Positions 10,623 to 20,544 of a DNA stretch of 64,000 nucleotides are shown piece after piece. Under the pieces are notes generated by a model, which searched no databases, was not told the DNA's origin, and saw only the letters and a list, made by a program, of their open reading frames with translations. Source of the DNA: Ardenticatenia bacterium (GTDB taxonomy: Bacteria; Chloroflexota; Anaerolineae; 4572-78; NAK82). The stretch covers positions 2,136 through 66,135 of the forward strand of contig QEXY01000163.1 in the NCBI GenBank assembly GCA_003130875.1, written 5' to 3'. The translations under genes and the position numbers were made by a program. How positions within the stretch are numbered: position 1 is the stretch's first letter; each line of letters begins with the position of its first letter.

Positions 10623-12929
10623 ATGCACGGGATGACCCTATTCGAAACCTATGCTTTGTTCGGTGTGGTGGGCGTAGCCATCTTGGGCCTTATCTACGCC
10701 TATTTTTTGCGCATCCAAACCCTGCGGGCAGACAAAGGCACCGAGGAAATGCAGCGCGTTTGGAGCGCCATTAAGGAGGGCGCCGATGCCTACCTGATGC
10801 GGCAACTGCGCACGATTCTCCCCTTTATCGGTATCCTCACCGTGCTCTTGTTCCTCAGCGTATGGATCGTGAAACCGACACCGGAAGCAACGGAGGAGTT
10901 CGGTGAGAACGCGCGGATCATCATCGCCTTTGGCCGTGCCGTTGCCTTTCTGATGGGTGCTGGTTTCTCGCTGGCAGTGGGACAGATCGGTATGCGCATG
11001 GCAGTGGAAGGTAATGTGCGCGTGGCCAGCGCAGCGCGTTACAGCTTTGGGGATGCGTTGCGCATTGCATACCGCGCCGGGACGATCACCGGGATGCTCA
11101 CCGACGGATTGGGGTTGTTCGGTGGCACCGTGATCTTCCTGGTCTTCGGCAAGGCCGCTCCGGATGCCCTGTTGGGGTTCGGTTTTGGTGGCACCCTGAT
11201 CGCGCTCTTTATGCGTGTCGGTGGTGGCATTTACACCAAAGCTGCTGATGTGGGTGCCGACCTGGTGGGCAAGGTTGAAGCGGGTCTGGAGGAGGACGAT
11301 CCTCGGAATGCAGCGGTGATCGCCGACCTGGTGGGTGACAATGTGGGCGACTGCGCCGGTATGGCGGCGGACATCTTCGAAAGCTACGAAGTCACCATCG
11401 TCTCCGCCCTGATCCTCGGCCTGGCGCTTGTGCGGATCACCGGGCATCTGAATTGGATCGTGTTCCCCTTGTTGGTGCGCGGCATCGGTGTGCTATCCTC
11501 GATCTTTGGCACCTACCTGGTGAAAGGCGGTCGAGAAGGCGGCCCGACGGATGCCATGCACGCCATCTTTCGGGGGTTCCTCACTTCAGCGGGGATCTCC
11601 ATCGTCCTGTTTGGGATTGTGGCGTTCGCTTACATGCAGGATGTACCGGGCGGTTGGTGGCGGCCCTTCCTGTCCACCGTGGTGGGGGTGGCTTTGGCCA
11701 TCACGATCGACCGCTTGACAGATTACTTCACCGGTTCCGAGGGCTCTCCAGTGCGTGAGATTCGCGAGAGCACGGACGGTGGCCCGGCGACTACCATCCT
11801 GACCGGTCTCTCCGTCGGGTATGAATCCAGCGTGTGGGCGATTTTTGTGATTGCCGTTACCATCGGGTTGGCTGTGTTGATCTACGGCAATGTGCCTGGC
11901 TACTCGGGAGCTGAGCTGTTCTCATTCGTTCTGTACAGCGTGGCGCTCTCCGGCATCGGCATGTTGACCCTGACCGGCAACAATGTGGCAATGGACTCCT
12001 TCGGTCCTATCTCGGACAATGCCAACGGCATCGGTGAGATGGCTGGTCTGGATCAAAGGGCCCGCCAGATTATGGCTGACCTGGACGCGGTGGGCAACAC
12101 CACCAAGGCGATCACCAAGGGGATCGCCATCGGGTCGGCGGTCATCGCGGCTGTGTCGCTCTTCGGTTCCTTTATCACCGATGTGAGGGTGGTCGATCCA
12201 CAAGCCTTGGCAGAGGGTATCAGTGTTGCCAAACCTCTGGTTTTCATCGGTATGCTGATCGGCGGCGCGATACCCTGGTTGTTCTCCTCGTTTGCTATCC
12301 GCGCCGTCAGCCGCGCTGCTGGTCAGATGGTCACAGAAGTGCGCCGTCAATTCCGCATTCCTGGAGTGATGGAAGGCAAGGTCAAGCCGGACTATGCGCG
12401 CGCTGTGTCCATCTCCACCGAAGCCGCTCAGAAGGAGCTCGTACCGCTGGCTTTGATCGCGGTGGTGTCTCCCATCCTGGTGGGCCTAGTGCTTCAAGTC
12501 GAAGCTCTGGGTGGTTTCCTGGCGGGCATCATCCTCTCCGGTCAGCTATTGGCCGTCTTTATGGCTAACGCCGGTGGTGCGTGGGATAACGCTAAGAAAA
12601 CCATCGAGGATGAGCCCCGTGACCCGGCCAACAACCTGGGCAAGCACTCGGAGCGTCATAAGGCCTCGGTGGTAGGTGACACGGTGGGCGACCCGCTCAA
12701 GGACACTGCCGGGCCAGCGCTCAACCCGATGATCAAGGTGGTCAACCTGGTTTCCGTTATCGTCGCTCCCATCGTGGTCCAGTATAAAGAGCTGGGCATT
12801 GTCGGTTGGCTTGTGGTGCTTTTGCTGGTGGCCGCTTTCATATGGGCGATGTCCCAGAGCAAGCGCCACGTGCCGGTAACTGCGGCAGCGCGTGAATACG
12901 TGCCAGCAGCCGGAGCGACGCGCGAATAA
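10623..12929 (+). CDS. hppA: Membrane-bound H+-translocating pyrophosphatase, K+-independent type
   Basis: 768 aa, multi-TM. Motifs GGGIYTKAADVGADLVGKVE, DNVGDCAG, GPISDNA, GNTTKAITKG (Lys marks the K+-independent class) and GDTVGDPLKDTAGP. Confidence 0.97.
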   Translation: MHGMTLFETYALFGVVGVAILGLIYAYFLRIQTLRADKGTEEMQRVWSAIKEGADAYLMRQLRTILPFIGILTVLLFLSVWIVKPTPEATEEFGENARIIIAFGRAVAFLMGAGFSLAVGQIGMRMAVEGNVRVASAARYSFGDALRIAYRAGTITGMLTDGLGLFGGTVIFLVFGKAAPDALLGFGFGGTLIALFMRVGGGIYTKAADVGADLVGKVEAGLEEDDPRNAAVIADLVGDNVGDCAGMAADIFESYEVTIVSALILGLALVRITGHLNWIVFPLLVRGIGVLSSIFGTYLVKGGREGGPTDAMHAIFRGFLTSAGISIVLFGIVAFAYMQDVPGGWWRPFLSTVVGVALAITIDRLTDYFTGSEGSPVREIRESTDGGPATTILTGLSVGYESSVWAIFVIAVTIGLAVLIYGNVPGYSGAELFSFVLYSVALSGIGMLTLTGNNVAMDSFGPISDNANGIGEMAGLDQRARQIMADLDAVGNTTKAITKGIAIGSAVIAAVSLFGSFITDVRVVDPQALAEGISVAKPLVFIGMLIGGAIPWLFSSFAIRAVSRAAGQMVTEVRRQFRIPGVMEGKVKPDYARAVSISTEAAQKELVPLALIAVVSPILVGLVLQVEALGGFLAGIILSGQLLAVFMANAGGAWDNAKKTIEDEPRDPANNLGKHSERHKASVVGDTVGDPLKDTAGPALNPMIKVVNLVSVIVAPIVVQYKELGIVGWLVVLLLVAAFIWAMSQSKRHVPVTAAAREYVPAAGATRE

Positions 12930-12939
12930 CACCCCTCCT

Positions 12940-12978
12940 GGTCACCTCCTCTCCGACATGGAGAGGAGGTGACCTTTT
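12940..12978 (+). terminator. Intrinsic terminator after hppA
   Basis: Perfect 15-bp inverted repeat GGTCACCTCCTCTCC-gacat-GGAGAGGAGGTGACC followed by TTTT. Confidence 0.8.
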
Positions 12979-12998
12979 GGAGAACGCCTTATTCTCGA

Positions 12999-13613
12999 AT
13001 GTCCGCTGTAATTCGTAGCTTCGTGGCTATCGAGCTCAACGAGTCCACACGTCGCGCTCTGACAACACTCCAGCGTGATCTGGCTACCCAGGTGCCGCAT
13101 CAGAGTATCCGCTGGATCGCCCCCGAGTCGCTTCATGTCACGCTGCAATTCCTCGGCGATGTGCCCTACGAGAAAATCGCTCCCATTGTGGATGCATTGC
13201 GCAAAGTGTGTGTGGACATCCCTGCATTTTCCTTTGACTTGGTGGGCCTGGGCGTATTCCCCAACCCGCGCCGGCCACGCATCGTCTGGGTGGGTGTCTA
13301 TGAGCCAAAAGGAGTGCTCGTCACACTTCATCAAAGGGTGGGACGAGTGCTGTCTCCTCTGGGCTTTCCGCCCGAGGAACGCACGTTCACCCCACATCTC
13401 ACCATTGGTCGTGCTTCGCGTCACGCCTCGCCTGCTGAGCTGCGTGCAATAGGCGAGCTGGTAACCAGGATGGACGTCGGCCTGATCGAGACAGTGCCTG
13501 TGGAACGCATTGTTCTCATGAAAAGCGACTTGCGGCCTGATGGGGCGGTATATACACCTCAAGCGATTCTTCCATTGGCCACAGGCCATTCTCTGGAAGG
13601 GCGACAGGCTTGA
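12999..13613 (+). CDS. thpR: RNA 2',3'-cyclic phosphodiesterase (2H phosphoesterase, LigT/ThpR)
   Basis: RSFVAIEL N-terminus, two HxT motifs (LHVTLQFLG; FTPHLTIGR) and GVFPNPRRPRIVWVG. ATG 12999 preferred over the GTG lying inside the terminator. Confidence 0.92.
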   Translation: MSAVIRSFVAIELNESTRRALTTLQRDLATQVPHQSIRWIAPESLHVTLQFLGDVPYEKIAPIVDALRKVCVDIPAFSFDLVGLGVFPNPRRPRIVWVGVYEPKGVLVTLHQRVGRVLSPLGFPPEERTFTPHLTIGRASRHASPAELRAIGELVTRMDVGLIETVPVERIVLMKSDLRPDGAVYTPQAILPLATGHSLEGRQA

Positions 13614-13858
13614 CCAACCCCAGTGCCATTGATTCGGCGATTCCGAGTTTCTCGAACCATTGCAAACGGATCTTGCTACTGCCAGGATCGGATAGCCGAT
13701 TCCTGAGCAGTCAAACCACCTCTTTATAACCCCTTTATCACTTCTTAACACCACCCTGTTACAGTTAATAACGGTAAAAGGTGTTCGGGCACAGGTTTTT
13801 TAGCTCGAATATGACAGGTAACAGTACACATAGAACGCATATAGGAGGTGTAGTGTCG

Positions 13859-14482
13859 ATGAGTGGTTCAACGCGTGTTGCACCGCAAACTCGCAAGATG
13901 TGGTGGATGAATATCATGCTTCTCAGCGCGGCATTGGCGACCATGCTTTCAGGCGCCTATTTCCTCTTCTTCCCGGGAGGATTCCGGGGTGGTCGCAATC
14001 CCTGGTATGGTGTGGAGCTGCTCTTCAGCCGCACCACCTGGGATAACATACACACCTGGGGAGGCATTCTGATGATCGCAATTGCCACGCTCCATTTGGT
14101 GGTACATTGGTCGTGGTTTGTGCGTATGGGAAAGCGCATCATCAGCGAGCTCCGGGGAGGATGTGGCTGTATGAATCGCTACGGGCGGCTTAATCTAGCG
14201 CTCAATCTTGTGCTCGGCTTGATGTTCCTCCTAGCTGCAATATCGGGCATTGTGTTGCTCTTCTTGCCCCATGGTCGAGAGGTGACAACTACCTTGCTCT
14301 GGACACGCAAGAGCTGGGATGTGCTGCACACCTGGAGTGGGACACTGATGATCATCGCAGCCATACTTCATATCGGCATCCACTGGAGGTGGATCACGAA
14401 AGTGACACGGAACATAGTGCATACGGCATGGGACAAAGAGCCCTCGTGTTCGCGCATGCAGCAGGGTACGTTCTCTGCCTGA
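13859..14482 (+). CDS. DUF4405-family membrane protein with two internal repeats (putative heme b binding)
   Basis: RBS GGAGG before ATG 13859. Duplicated motif WDNIHTWGGILMIAIATLHLVVHW / WDVLHTWSGTLMIIAAILHIGIHW. Confidence 0.75.
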   Translation: MSGSTRVAPQTRKMWWMNIMLLSAALATMLSGAYFLFFPGGFRGGRNPWYGVELLFSRTTWDNIHTWGGILMIAIATLHLVVHWSWFVRMGKRIISELRGGCGCMNRYGRLNLALNLVLGLMFLLAAISGIVLLFLPHGREVTTTLLWTRKSWDVLHTWSGTLMIIAAILHIGIHWRWITKVTRNIVHTAWDKEPSCSRMQQGTFSA

Positions 14483-14553
14483 GCGGGCACTCTCTGCTTG
14501 GTTGATTGATTTTGGAACAAGTGGGTGGACGATTAAAACATAGGAGGTGGAAG

Positions 14554-14895
14554 ATCAAGAAGGTACTGTTGGGTTTCCTGGGTCTTCTCCTGATAGGTGC
14601 ATTGGTGTTCGGCGCGGTGAATCGCACGACAGCCATGGCGAACTACTCCCCTGCGGGCCAACGCTATGGCCAACAGAATCCAGGCCCTGCTATCCATCGG
14701 GGATGGACAGGGCAGGAGGGGACAGCCAAGCAAGGTGAGCAAGGTGAAGGTTGGCACGCACTTGGTCACGGTCGTGGACAGACCATCTCCGAAGAAGGGG
14801 GAGCTGATCAAAGAGTCGGGCCGTTGCGCCGGGGACAACCTCGAGGAGCAGGCCGATCGTGGGATGATACAGGTCGCTTTGTTCCCTGGGACTGA
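14554..14895 (+). CDS. Hypothetical Gly/Gln-rich protein with N-terminal signal anchor; start appears to be ATC; possibly truncated
   Basis: AGGAGGT at 14542-14548, then ATC-AAG-AAG-GTA (xKKVLLGFLGLLLIGALVFGAVNRTTA), a classic signal-peptide start. Confidence 0.45.
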   Translation: MKKVLLGFLGLLLIGALVFGAVNRTTAMANYSPAGQRYGQQNPGPAIHRGWTGQEGTAKQGEQGEGWHALGHGRGQTISEEGGADQRVGPLRRGQPRGAGRSWDDTGRFVPWD

Positions 14896-14965
14896 GATGT
14901 GTCCAGATTAACGTCTCAAACTTTCTTGACAGCTGGGATGGGACAGTTGCTGCCTGAATCGACCA

Positions 14966-15000
14966 AAACAGACAGGGGGTGGCTCGATTGCCACCCCCTG
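14966..15000 (-). terminator. Terminator of the minus-strand csp gene
   Basis: 11-bp inverted repeat CAGGGGGTGGC-tcgatt-GCCACCCCCTG followed on the minus strand by TCTGTTTT. Confidence 0.7.
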
Positions 15001-15022
15001 AGATATCTGGGTCACTTTGCGC

Positions 15023-15232
15023 TTATATCTTGCGTACCGCCACGGCGGCGGGTCCTTTCTCTCCTTGTTGCACTGAGAACTCCACGCGATCACCTTCATT
15101 CAGGGTACGATAGCCCTGGCCGCTGATCGCGGTGTAATGTACGAAGACATCACCACCCGAATCGCGTGCAATAAACCCATACCCTTTCTGATTGTTGAAC
15201 CACTTGACAACACCGGTTTCGCGTTCGCTCAT
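15023..15232 (-). CDS. csp: Cold-shock protein (CspA family), 69 aa
   Basis: [21 protein letters not shown]...DVFVHYTAI (RNP1/RNP2 motifs); RBS AAGGAGG. Confidence 0.97.
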   Translation of the reverse strand: MSERETGVVKWFNNQKGYGFIARDSGGDVFVHYTAISGQGYRTLNEGDRVEFSVQQGEKGPAAVAVRKI

Positions 15233-15401
15233 TCTTGAGCACCTCCTTGGAAAAGAAAAAACATTGTTGCTGAACCTCTTTTGCGGGTGCATGACACCCT
15301 GTACCCGCGTAAAACAACATAACTCAGACCCTTTATGGGCCTGAGTGGTGACCTGTGCATGCTATGAGACACCAATTATCCTCAACGGCCTCCTGAAACC
15401 C

Positions 15402-15430
15402 ATTCTACTTTCAAAACACCCATATGTCAA
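15402..15430 (-). promoter_or_regulatory. sigma70 promoter of the leftward csp
   Basis: Minus strand TTGACA-N17-TAGAAT, giving a 5' UTR of about 160 nt. Confidence 0.75.
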
Positions 15431-15624
15431 ACGCACGCCAATGAGTGTAGCTCAAATTTGGGGGCGGGTTGAGGGGATAACCCAGGGATATGAGAGTTAT
15501 CCGAGCCACAGCCGTCGGGAGATAGGGAGTGATTAGAGCACCGACTTACGCGCGTGGCTCGGTTTGAACTCCACCTCTCCCTGAAATCGTGAAGTGCACC
15601 CCCTGTAAAACGCCACCGCCTAAT

Positions 15625-15652
15625 TTGACAAAGGGGGAAAGTATTGTATACT
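15625..15652 (+). promoter_or_regulatory. sigma70 promoter of the rightward csp
   Basis: TTGACA-N16-TATACT with extended -10 TG, giving a 5' UTR of about 140 nt. Confidence 0.75.
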
Positions 15653-15798
15653 TTATTCTATGAAGATGCGGTAGTCTTGGTGCTGGTTTCACGCTGGGAA
15701 CGCCTAGGGCTGATGAAGCCGGGTGGTTGGTGTGTACGGTGGCACAAGAGGTCGCGTCATAAGCCACTAATTATTTAAAAGAGGTAAGGTTTAACAAA

Positions 15799-16014
15799 AT
15801 GAGTGAGCGCATCAGAGGAACTGTCAAGTGGTTCAACGGTCAAAAGGGTTACGGCTTCATCACCCGCGACGATGGCGAGAAGGACGTGTTTGTGCACTAT
15901 TCCGCCATCCAGGCGCAAGGCGGATTCCGCAATCTGGATGAGGGTGACCGCGTCGAGTTCGAGGTCGAAAGGGGTCCCAAAGGGCCAGCAGCCGTAGCAG
16001 TACGGCGCATCTAG
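15799..16014 (+). CDS. csp: Cold-shock protein (CspA family), 71 aa
   Basis: [21 protein letters not shown]...DVFVHYSAI; RBS GAGGT. Confidence 0.97.
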   Translation: MSERIRGTVKWFNGQKGYGFITRDDGEKDVFVHYSAIQAQGGFRNLDEGDRVEFEVERGPKGPAAVAVRRI

Positions 16015-16043
16015 ATCGAATTAGGGTTCTTTTCCTGACCAAC

Positions 16044-16080
16044 AAAAGAAAAAGGGTAGCACTGCTACCCTTTTTCTTTT
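16044..16080. terminator. Bidirectional intrinsic terminator after csp
   Basis: Perfect 17-bp inverted repeat AAAAGAAAAAGGGTAGC-act-GCTACCCTTTTTCTTTT. Confidence 0.9.
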
Positions 16081-16101
16081 GTCTTCCGCGCTCGCGGAAT
16101 C

Positions 16102-16146
16102 AAGATAACTCAAGTTGCCACCTCTGGTAGCAACTTGGGTTATCTT
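16102..16146. repeat. Long imperfect inverted repeat (second hairpin after the csp terminator)
   Basis: AAGATAACTCAAGTTGC ... GCAACTTGGGTTATCTT, 16/17 complementary. Confidence 0.7.
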
Positions 16147-16180
16147 TGTAACAGAGCCAGTTGAACTTATAATGTATTCT

Positions 16181-16831
16181 ATGCGTGCCGAACATGGTAG
16201 GGTGTGCGCGCTTCTATTCCTCCTCGCGCTGCTGACCACGGCGTGCGCGGATACGGCCTCCATAGACGCTGCAGGGGAGCTCGAACGCGCCCGCCGCGCA
16301 TGGGCGGGCAATTGGCACGCCGTGTGGCAGATCGAATGGCACAACGCGCCACTGCACGGTCCAGTGGTGGCAGAAATGTGGCATTCTGCCGATGGACGGT
16401 TGCGCGTCGAGACACTGGAAGCACCAGTCGCGACACTGAACGGATTGATGCGCACGGACGATGGCACACAAGCCTGGCTCTACGATACACGACAGCGACA
16501 GACCTCCTATGGAACGCGTGTGCAGCTGCGCATCCCCCTGGTGGATGACCTGCTCGACGCAATGGGATGGACGCTGATGCAGGACTTCCAGGCGACGGTC
16601 ATTGCGGCCAACGACTGGACCATCGAAAGCGGCGCCGCCGTCGCCCTGGAGCTGATTGCGGACACAGGCGAGCGGGTGACCTTGTGGGTGAACCGTGAGA
16701 CCGGCCTGCCTGCCGGCCTGATGTTGCATTCCAGCCCTTGGGGGCAGGCCCGTTGTGTCACCCGGACGCTGGATCGGCGCACGTACATGGACGATGCACT
16801 GTTCACCCAAGATCTAATTCCAGAGCTGTGA
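16181..16831 (+). CDS. Putative lipoprotein, LolA/DUF2092-like fold
   Basis: Signal peptide with lipobox LTTAC. Beta-rich body (GRLRVET...DGTQAWLYD...VTLWVNRETGLP) resembles the LolA superfamily. Confidence 0.55.
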   Translation: MRAEHGRVCALLFLLALLTTACADTASIDAAGELERARRAWAGNWHAVWQIEWHNAPLHGPVVAEMWHSADGRLRVETLEAPVATLNGLMRTDDGTQAWLYDTRQRQTSYGTRVQLRIPLVDDLLDAMGWTLMQDFQATVIAANDWTIESGAAVALELIADTGERVTLWVNRETGLPAGLMLHSSPWGQARCVTRTLDRRTYMDDALFTQDLIPEL

Positions 16832-16934
16832 TTGCCTTCCCCTCTTCTGAAAGTTAAAATGAGGTGCGGTTCGCGACAGGTTGCTGTGTTAGACCTGTCG
16901 TGCTAGCAAAACCATCGAAAGGTGAGGAACTGCT

Positions 16935-17918
16935 ATGCGCATCTTGGTTACAGGTGGTGCAGGTTACATTGGGAGCATCGTGGTGGAACAATTGGTGGAA
17001 GCAGGTGAGACGGTGCTGGTCTTTGACAACCTGCACCAGGGTCACGCCGCCGCAGTCCATCCCGGTGCGCGCCTGGTGATAGGCGACCTGGCCGACCGTG
17101 TCACGCTGGATCAGACCCTCGCCGAGTTCAAACCCGAAGCGGTGATGCACTTCGCTTCGTACACTCTGGTGGGCGAGTCGATGGAACAGCCATTTCGTTA
17201 TTTGGGCGACAATGTCACGAACGGGTTGAACTTGCTTCAGAGCGCTGTCCGCCACGGTGTGCGCCGCTTTATCCTTTCCTCAACTGCTAACCTGTTTGAT
17301 CGGCCACAGCGCATTCCGATCACTGAGGATGAGCAAATTGTGCCGGGCAGCCCTTACGGAGAGTCCAAATATATCCTGGAACGCATTCTGGCCTGGTTGG
17401 ACCGGCTGCTCGGATTGCGCTTTGCTGCGTTGCGCTACTTCAACGCGGCCGGCGCGTCCGCGGAACGTGGCGAAGATCACCGTCCGGAGCTGCACCTGAT
17501 CCCTTTGGTGCTCGGTGTCGCGTTGGGTAAGCGCGAGAATGCCACCATATTCGGCGACGATTATCCAACGCCGGATGGCACATGTGTGCGTGACTACATC
17601 CACGTGATCGACCTGGCCCAGGCGCATATCCTGGCATTACGCGCTCTGGAGCGCAGCAGCTGCACCTACAACTTGGGAAATGGACAAGGATTCAGCGTGA
17701 AAGAGGTGATCGAGACGGCACGCCAAATCACAGGCCATCCCATACCGGCAGTGGTGGGACCGCGCCGGCCGGGCGACCCAGCGGTCCTAGTGGCTAGCAG
17801 CGAGAAGATCCGCCGTGAGCTGGGCTGGCGGCCACGTTATCCCCATCTGCACGAAATTATCGAAAGCGCCTGGCGCTGGCACAAAGCGCACCCTGACGGC
17901 TACGGCGACCGTTCATGA
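16935..17918 (+). CDS. galE: UDP-glucose 4-epimerase
   Basis: [31 protein letters not shown] and [12 protein letters not shown]. Confidence 0.95.
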   Translation: MRILVTGGAGYIGSIVVEQLVEAGETVLVFDNLHQGHAAAVHPGARLVIGDLADRVTLDQTLAEFKPEAVMHFASYTLVGESMEQPFRYLGDNVTNGLNLLQSAVRHGVRRFILSSTANLFDRPQRIPITEDEQIVPGSPYGESKYILERILAWLDRLLGLRFAALRYFNAAGASAERGEDHRPELHLIPLVLGVALGKRENATIFGDDYPTPDGTCVRDYIHVIDLAQAHILALRALERSSCTYNLGNGQGFSVKEVIETARQITGHPIPAVVGPRRPGDPAVLVASSEKIRRELGWRPRYPHLHEIIESAWRWHKAHPDGYGDRS

Positions 17919-20440
17919 GTGTTCCTTGGCGCATACGGCTGAGCATCTGGGTGCAACCACGGCGGCACAGCGCCAGCCTGTCATTATCCGGCATCCTCGT
18001 GCTCGTGCTGATGGCGGGTTATGTTCTCTTCTTCTCGGCTTACAGCCTGCAGCGCCATGCTGCCCTCGGTTCTCACGCTGCCGACCTTTCCTTCATCGAC
18101 CAACCGATGTGGAACACGTTACACGGGCGCTTCCTGGAGCGCACCATGGACGACCGCCAGGTCCCGCGCGTCGCCGAACATCTGGAGCCCATCATCCTCA
18201 TCATCGCGCCAATCTATTACCTGTGGGATGATGTGCGAGCTATCCTCATCATCCAGAGCATAGCGTTGGCACTGGGAGCGTTGCCGGTCTATTGGATTGC
18301 CCAGCGCGCCCTCGGCGGTTCGCACGTTAGTTCCGCAGATCAGCTCCACCCGCTCGAAACCTTGATGCGGCACGCCGGGCTGCCGTTGATCTTCGTGGTG
18401 GCTTATCTGATGTTTCCGGCACTTCAGGCGGCAAACGTGGCCGACTTCCATGCCGATCCATTCATCGTCGCACCGCTTCTCTTTGCCTTCTGGTATGCCA
18501 CCGAATGTCATTATGGCCGGATGTGGTTCTGGGCCATCATCGCAATGCTGGTCAAGGAGAATCTGCCCACCCTGACCTTTGCGCTGGGGCTGTTTCTGTT
18601 CTTTTTTGGCGCCCGCATTGCCGTGTCGCCCGAATCGCCGCATGCAACCAGGCGCAGGCGTCGCCACGCCGTGGCGCTGATGACGCTCAGCCTGGTCTGG
18701 TACATTATTGCCACCTGGCTGATTGTGACGCCGTTGGCACGTCAGGTGTACGGCACATCTGGGCCCGTCTATATGACCCATCGATACACCTGGTTCGATG
18801 GCAGCTTTGAGGGGCTGTGGACGGCATTGTCCCAACCGGAACGGCTGCGTTATCTGCTTGAGCTCTTCGCGCCGGTCGGCTGGCTTGCTCTGTTGGCACC
18901 TGAATATTTATTGCTAGGGCTGCCGGTTGGGGTGGCGAACTTCTTAAGCGATTTCCCTGCCCAATATTCCGGTCAGCAACACTACACGGCTCCTTTGGTA
19001 CCGGCATTGGTTGTCGCGGCTATTTATGGCACACGCCGATTACTCAATGGGGTGGCCGGCTGTCACGGCGCCTCTACGGGAGCATATGGTGTGCGATGTC
19101 GCATCTTTCTGCTCGTCTGCAGTGTGTGGCTGATGGGATGGAGCCTGGGTTATCACATCGAACGCGGTTGGACACCTCTGGCGCGCGATTTCCAATGGCC
19201 GCGGGTCACGGAACATCACCGCCTGCTGGAACGTTTCATCGCTCAAATTCCTCCTACCGCAGCTGTCTCGACAACTCCTCCCTTGCATCCGCATCTGGCG
19301 CATCGTGAGAAGATCTATTTGTACCCGACGGTGGCGGACGCGGAGTATGTGTTGCTGGACATTGCTGGTCGCACGGATGCGCATCCCAACGATGTCCATA
19401 AAGTCTTCAGACAGCTGGTCGATTCGGGGCAGTTCGGCATTGTCGACGCCGCCGACGGCTACATCCTGTTGGCGCGAAGGGACACGGACGTACAGGGTTC
19501 CCAGATCTTGCCAGATGCATTTTATGACTTCATGCGCGCAGGTGACGGACAGCCCCAATTCCCTCTGTGGGTGGAATTTGCCCCGCCCGGAAGCGATCAA
19601 GTGGGGTTACGGTTGATGGGCTATGATTTGGTGGACGACCCCGTCTGGCAACAGACGGGGATGCGTCTCTATTGGCGGGTGTTGGCCCCCTTGCCGACAG
19701 GAACACGGTTGTGGCCTTTCTTCTATGATGATGCCGGTGGAATCATCGAAGATACAATGCAGCGCCCGATGGTGGCCACCATCTGGTATCCACCGGCGCG
19801 CTGGAAACCAGGTGAGACCATCACGACAGAAACTCTGCCGTGGCAACTGGGATCACTATTTCACATCGGGGTCGCCGTTTTGGATGGCGAGGATTTTCGA
19901 GACGAAACCCACCGCTTCCGCGTCTACAATGCCGACCCGGCGGCGATCCTCCACCACGGTCACACCTGGGCGCATGTCGGCTCGTTTCGCCGTGATGGAC
20001 GCTACCTGGTGTATGTTTCGGAGCAAGCACCCGTGCACCACCTAGAAGTGCGCTTTGCCAACGGCATCCATCTGGTCGGCTATCGGTATCAGGTGCGTCT
20101 CAACATGCTGATCGTGATGTTGGTGTGGCGTGCGGACGCAGGGATCAAGGAGGACTACACTGTCTTTGTGCATCTGGTGACGTCCAGTGGACAACGCATC
20201 GCGCAATCGGATGCGCAACCACATTGGGGCGCCACGTGGCCTACCAGCCGTTGGCAGCCCGGTGAATGGGTGCTGGATGGGCACAGATTAGAGATGCCGG
20301 CAAAGGCTCCGCGCGATGGTCTGCACCTCGAAGTCGGCCTCTATCTGTGGCCCTCGTTACAGCGTCTCTCGGTGCTAGGTGCCAATGGCCGACCGAACAG
20401 CGACCACATCAAGATACCTCTCTCTTTGCCTGCCCCCTGA
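17915..20440 (+). CDS. DUF2079-domain membrane protein (GT-C-like) with extracellular C-terminal domains
   Basis: [15 protein letters not shown]...EHLEP, DFHADP, LVKEN, multiple TMs and C-terminal repeats (WKPGETI, WQPGEWV). Overlaps the galE stop (ATGA). Confidence 0.75.
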   Translation: MSVPWRIRLSIWVQPRRHSASLSLSGILVLVLMAGYVLFFSAYSLQRHAALGSHAADLSFIDQPMWNTLHGRFLERTMDDRQVPRVAEHLEPIILIIAPIYYLWDDVRAILIIQSIALALGALPVYWIAQRALGGSHVSSADQLHPLETLMRHAGLPLIFVVAYLMFPALQAANVADFHADPFIVAPLLFAFWYATECHYGRMWFWAIIAMLVKENLPTLTFALGLFLFFFGARIAVSPESPHATRRRRRHAVALMTLSLVWYIIATWLIVTPLARQVYGTSGPVYMTHRYTWFDGSFEGLWTALSQPERLRYLLELFAPVGWLALLAPEYLLLGLPVGVANFLSDFPAQYSGQQHYTAPLVPALVVAAIYGTRRLLNGVAGCHGASTGAYGVRCRIFLLVCSVWLMGWSLGYHIERGWTPLARDFQWPRVTEHHRLLERFIAQIPPTAAVSTTPPLHPHLAHREKIYLYPTVADAEYVLLDIAGRTDAHPNDVHKVFRQLVDSGQFGIVDAADGYILLARRDTDVQGSQILPDAFYDFMRAGDGQPQFPLWVEFAPPGSDQVGLRLMGYDLVDDPVWQQTGMRLYWRVLAPLPTGTRLWPFFYDDAGGIIEDTMQRPMVATIWYPPARWKPGETITTETLPWQLGSLFHIGVAVLDGEDFRDETHRFRVYNADPAAILHHGHTWAHVGSFRRDGRYLVYVSEQAPVHHLEVRFANGIHLVGYRYQVRLNMLIVMLVWRADAGIKEDYTVFVHLVTSSGQRIAQSDAQPHWGATWPTSRWQPGEWVLDGHRLEMPAKAPRDGLHLEVGLYLWPSLQRLSVLGANGRPNSDHIKIPLSLPAP

Positions 20441-20544
20441 CTCCATCGTATGATATCAGTGTTTCGGCCCATTATGCGCGTCCTTGGGACGCCATGGTTT
20501 TTGCAGCGCAGATTCCACATAACACCAGAAAGGAGCAACCTCCT

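Noticed and set aside
15445-15582. tRNA/tmRNA-like fragments (GTGTAGCTCAA, GGGGGCG, GGTTTGAACTCC)
   Set aside because: Spacing is wrong, the T-arm does not pair and there is no acceptor stem or CCA. It is retained only as a generic structured-spacer finding.
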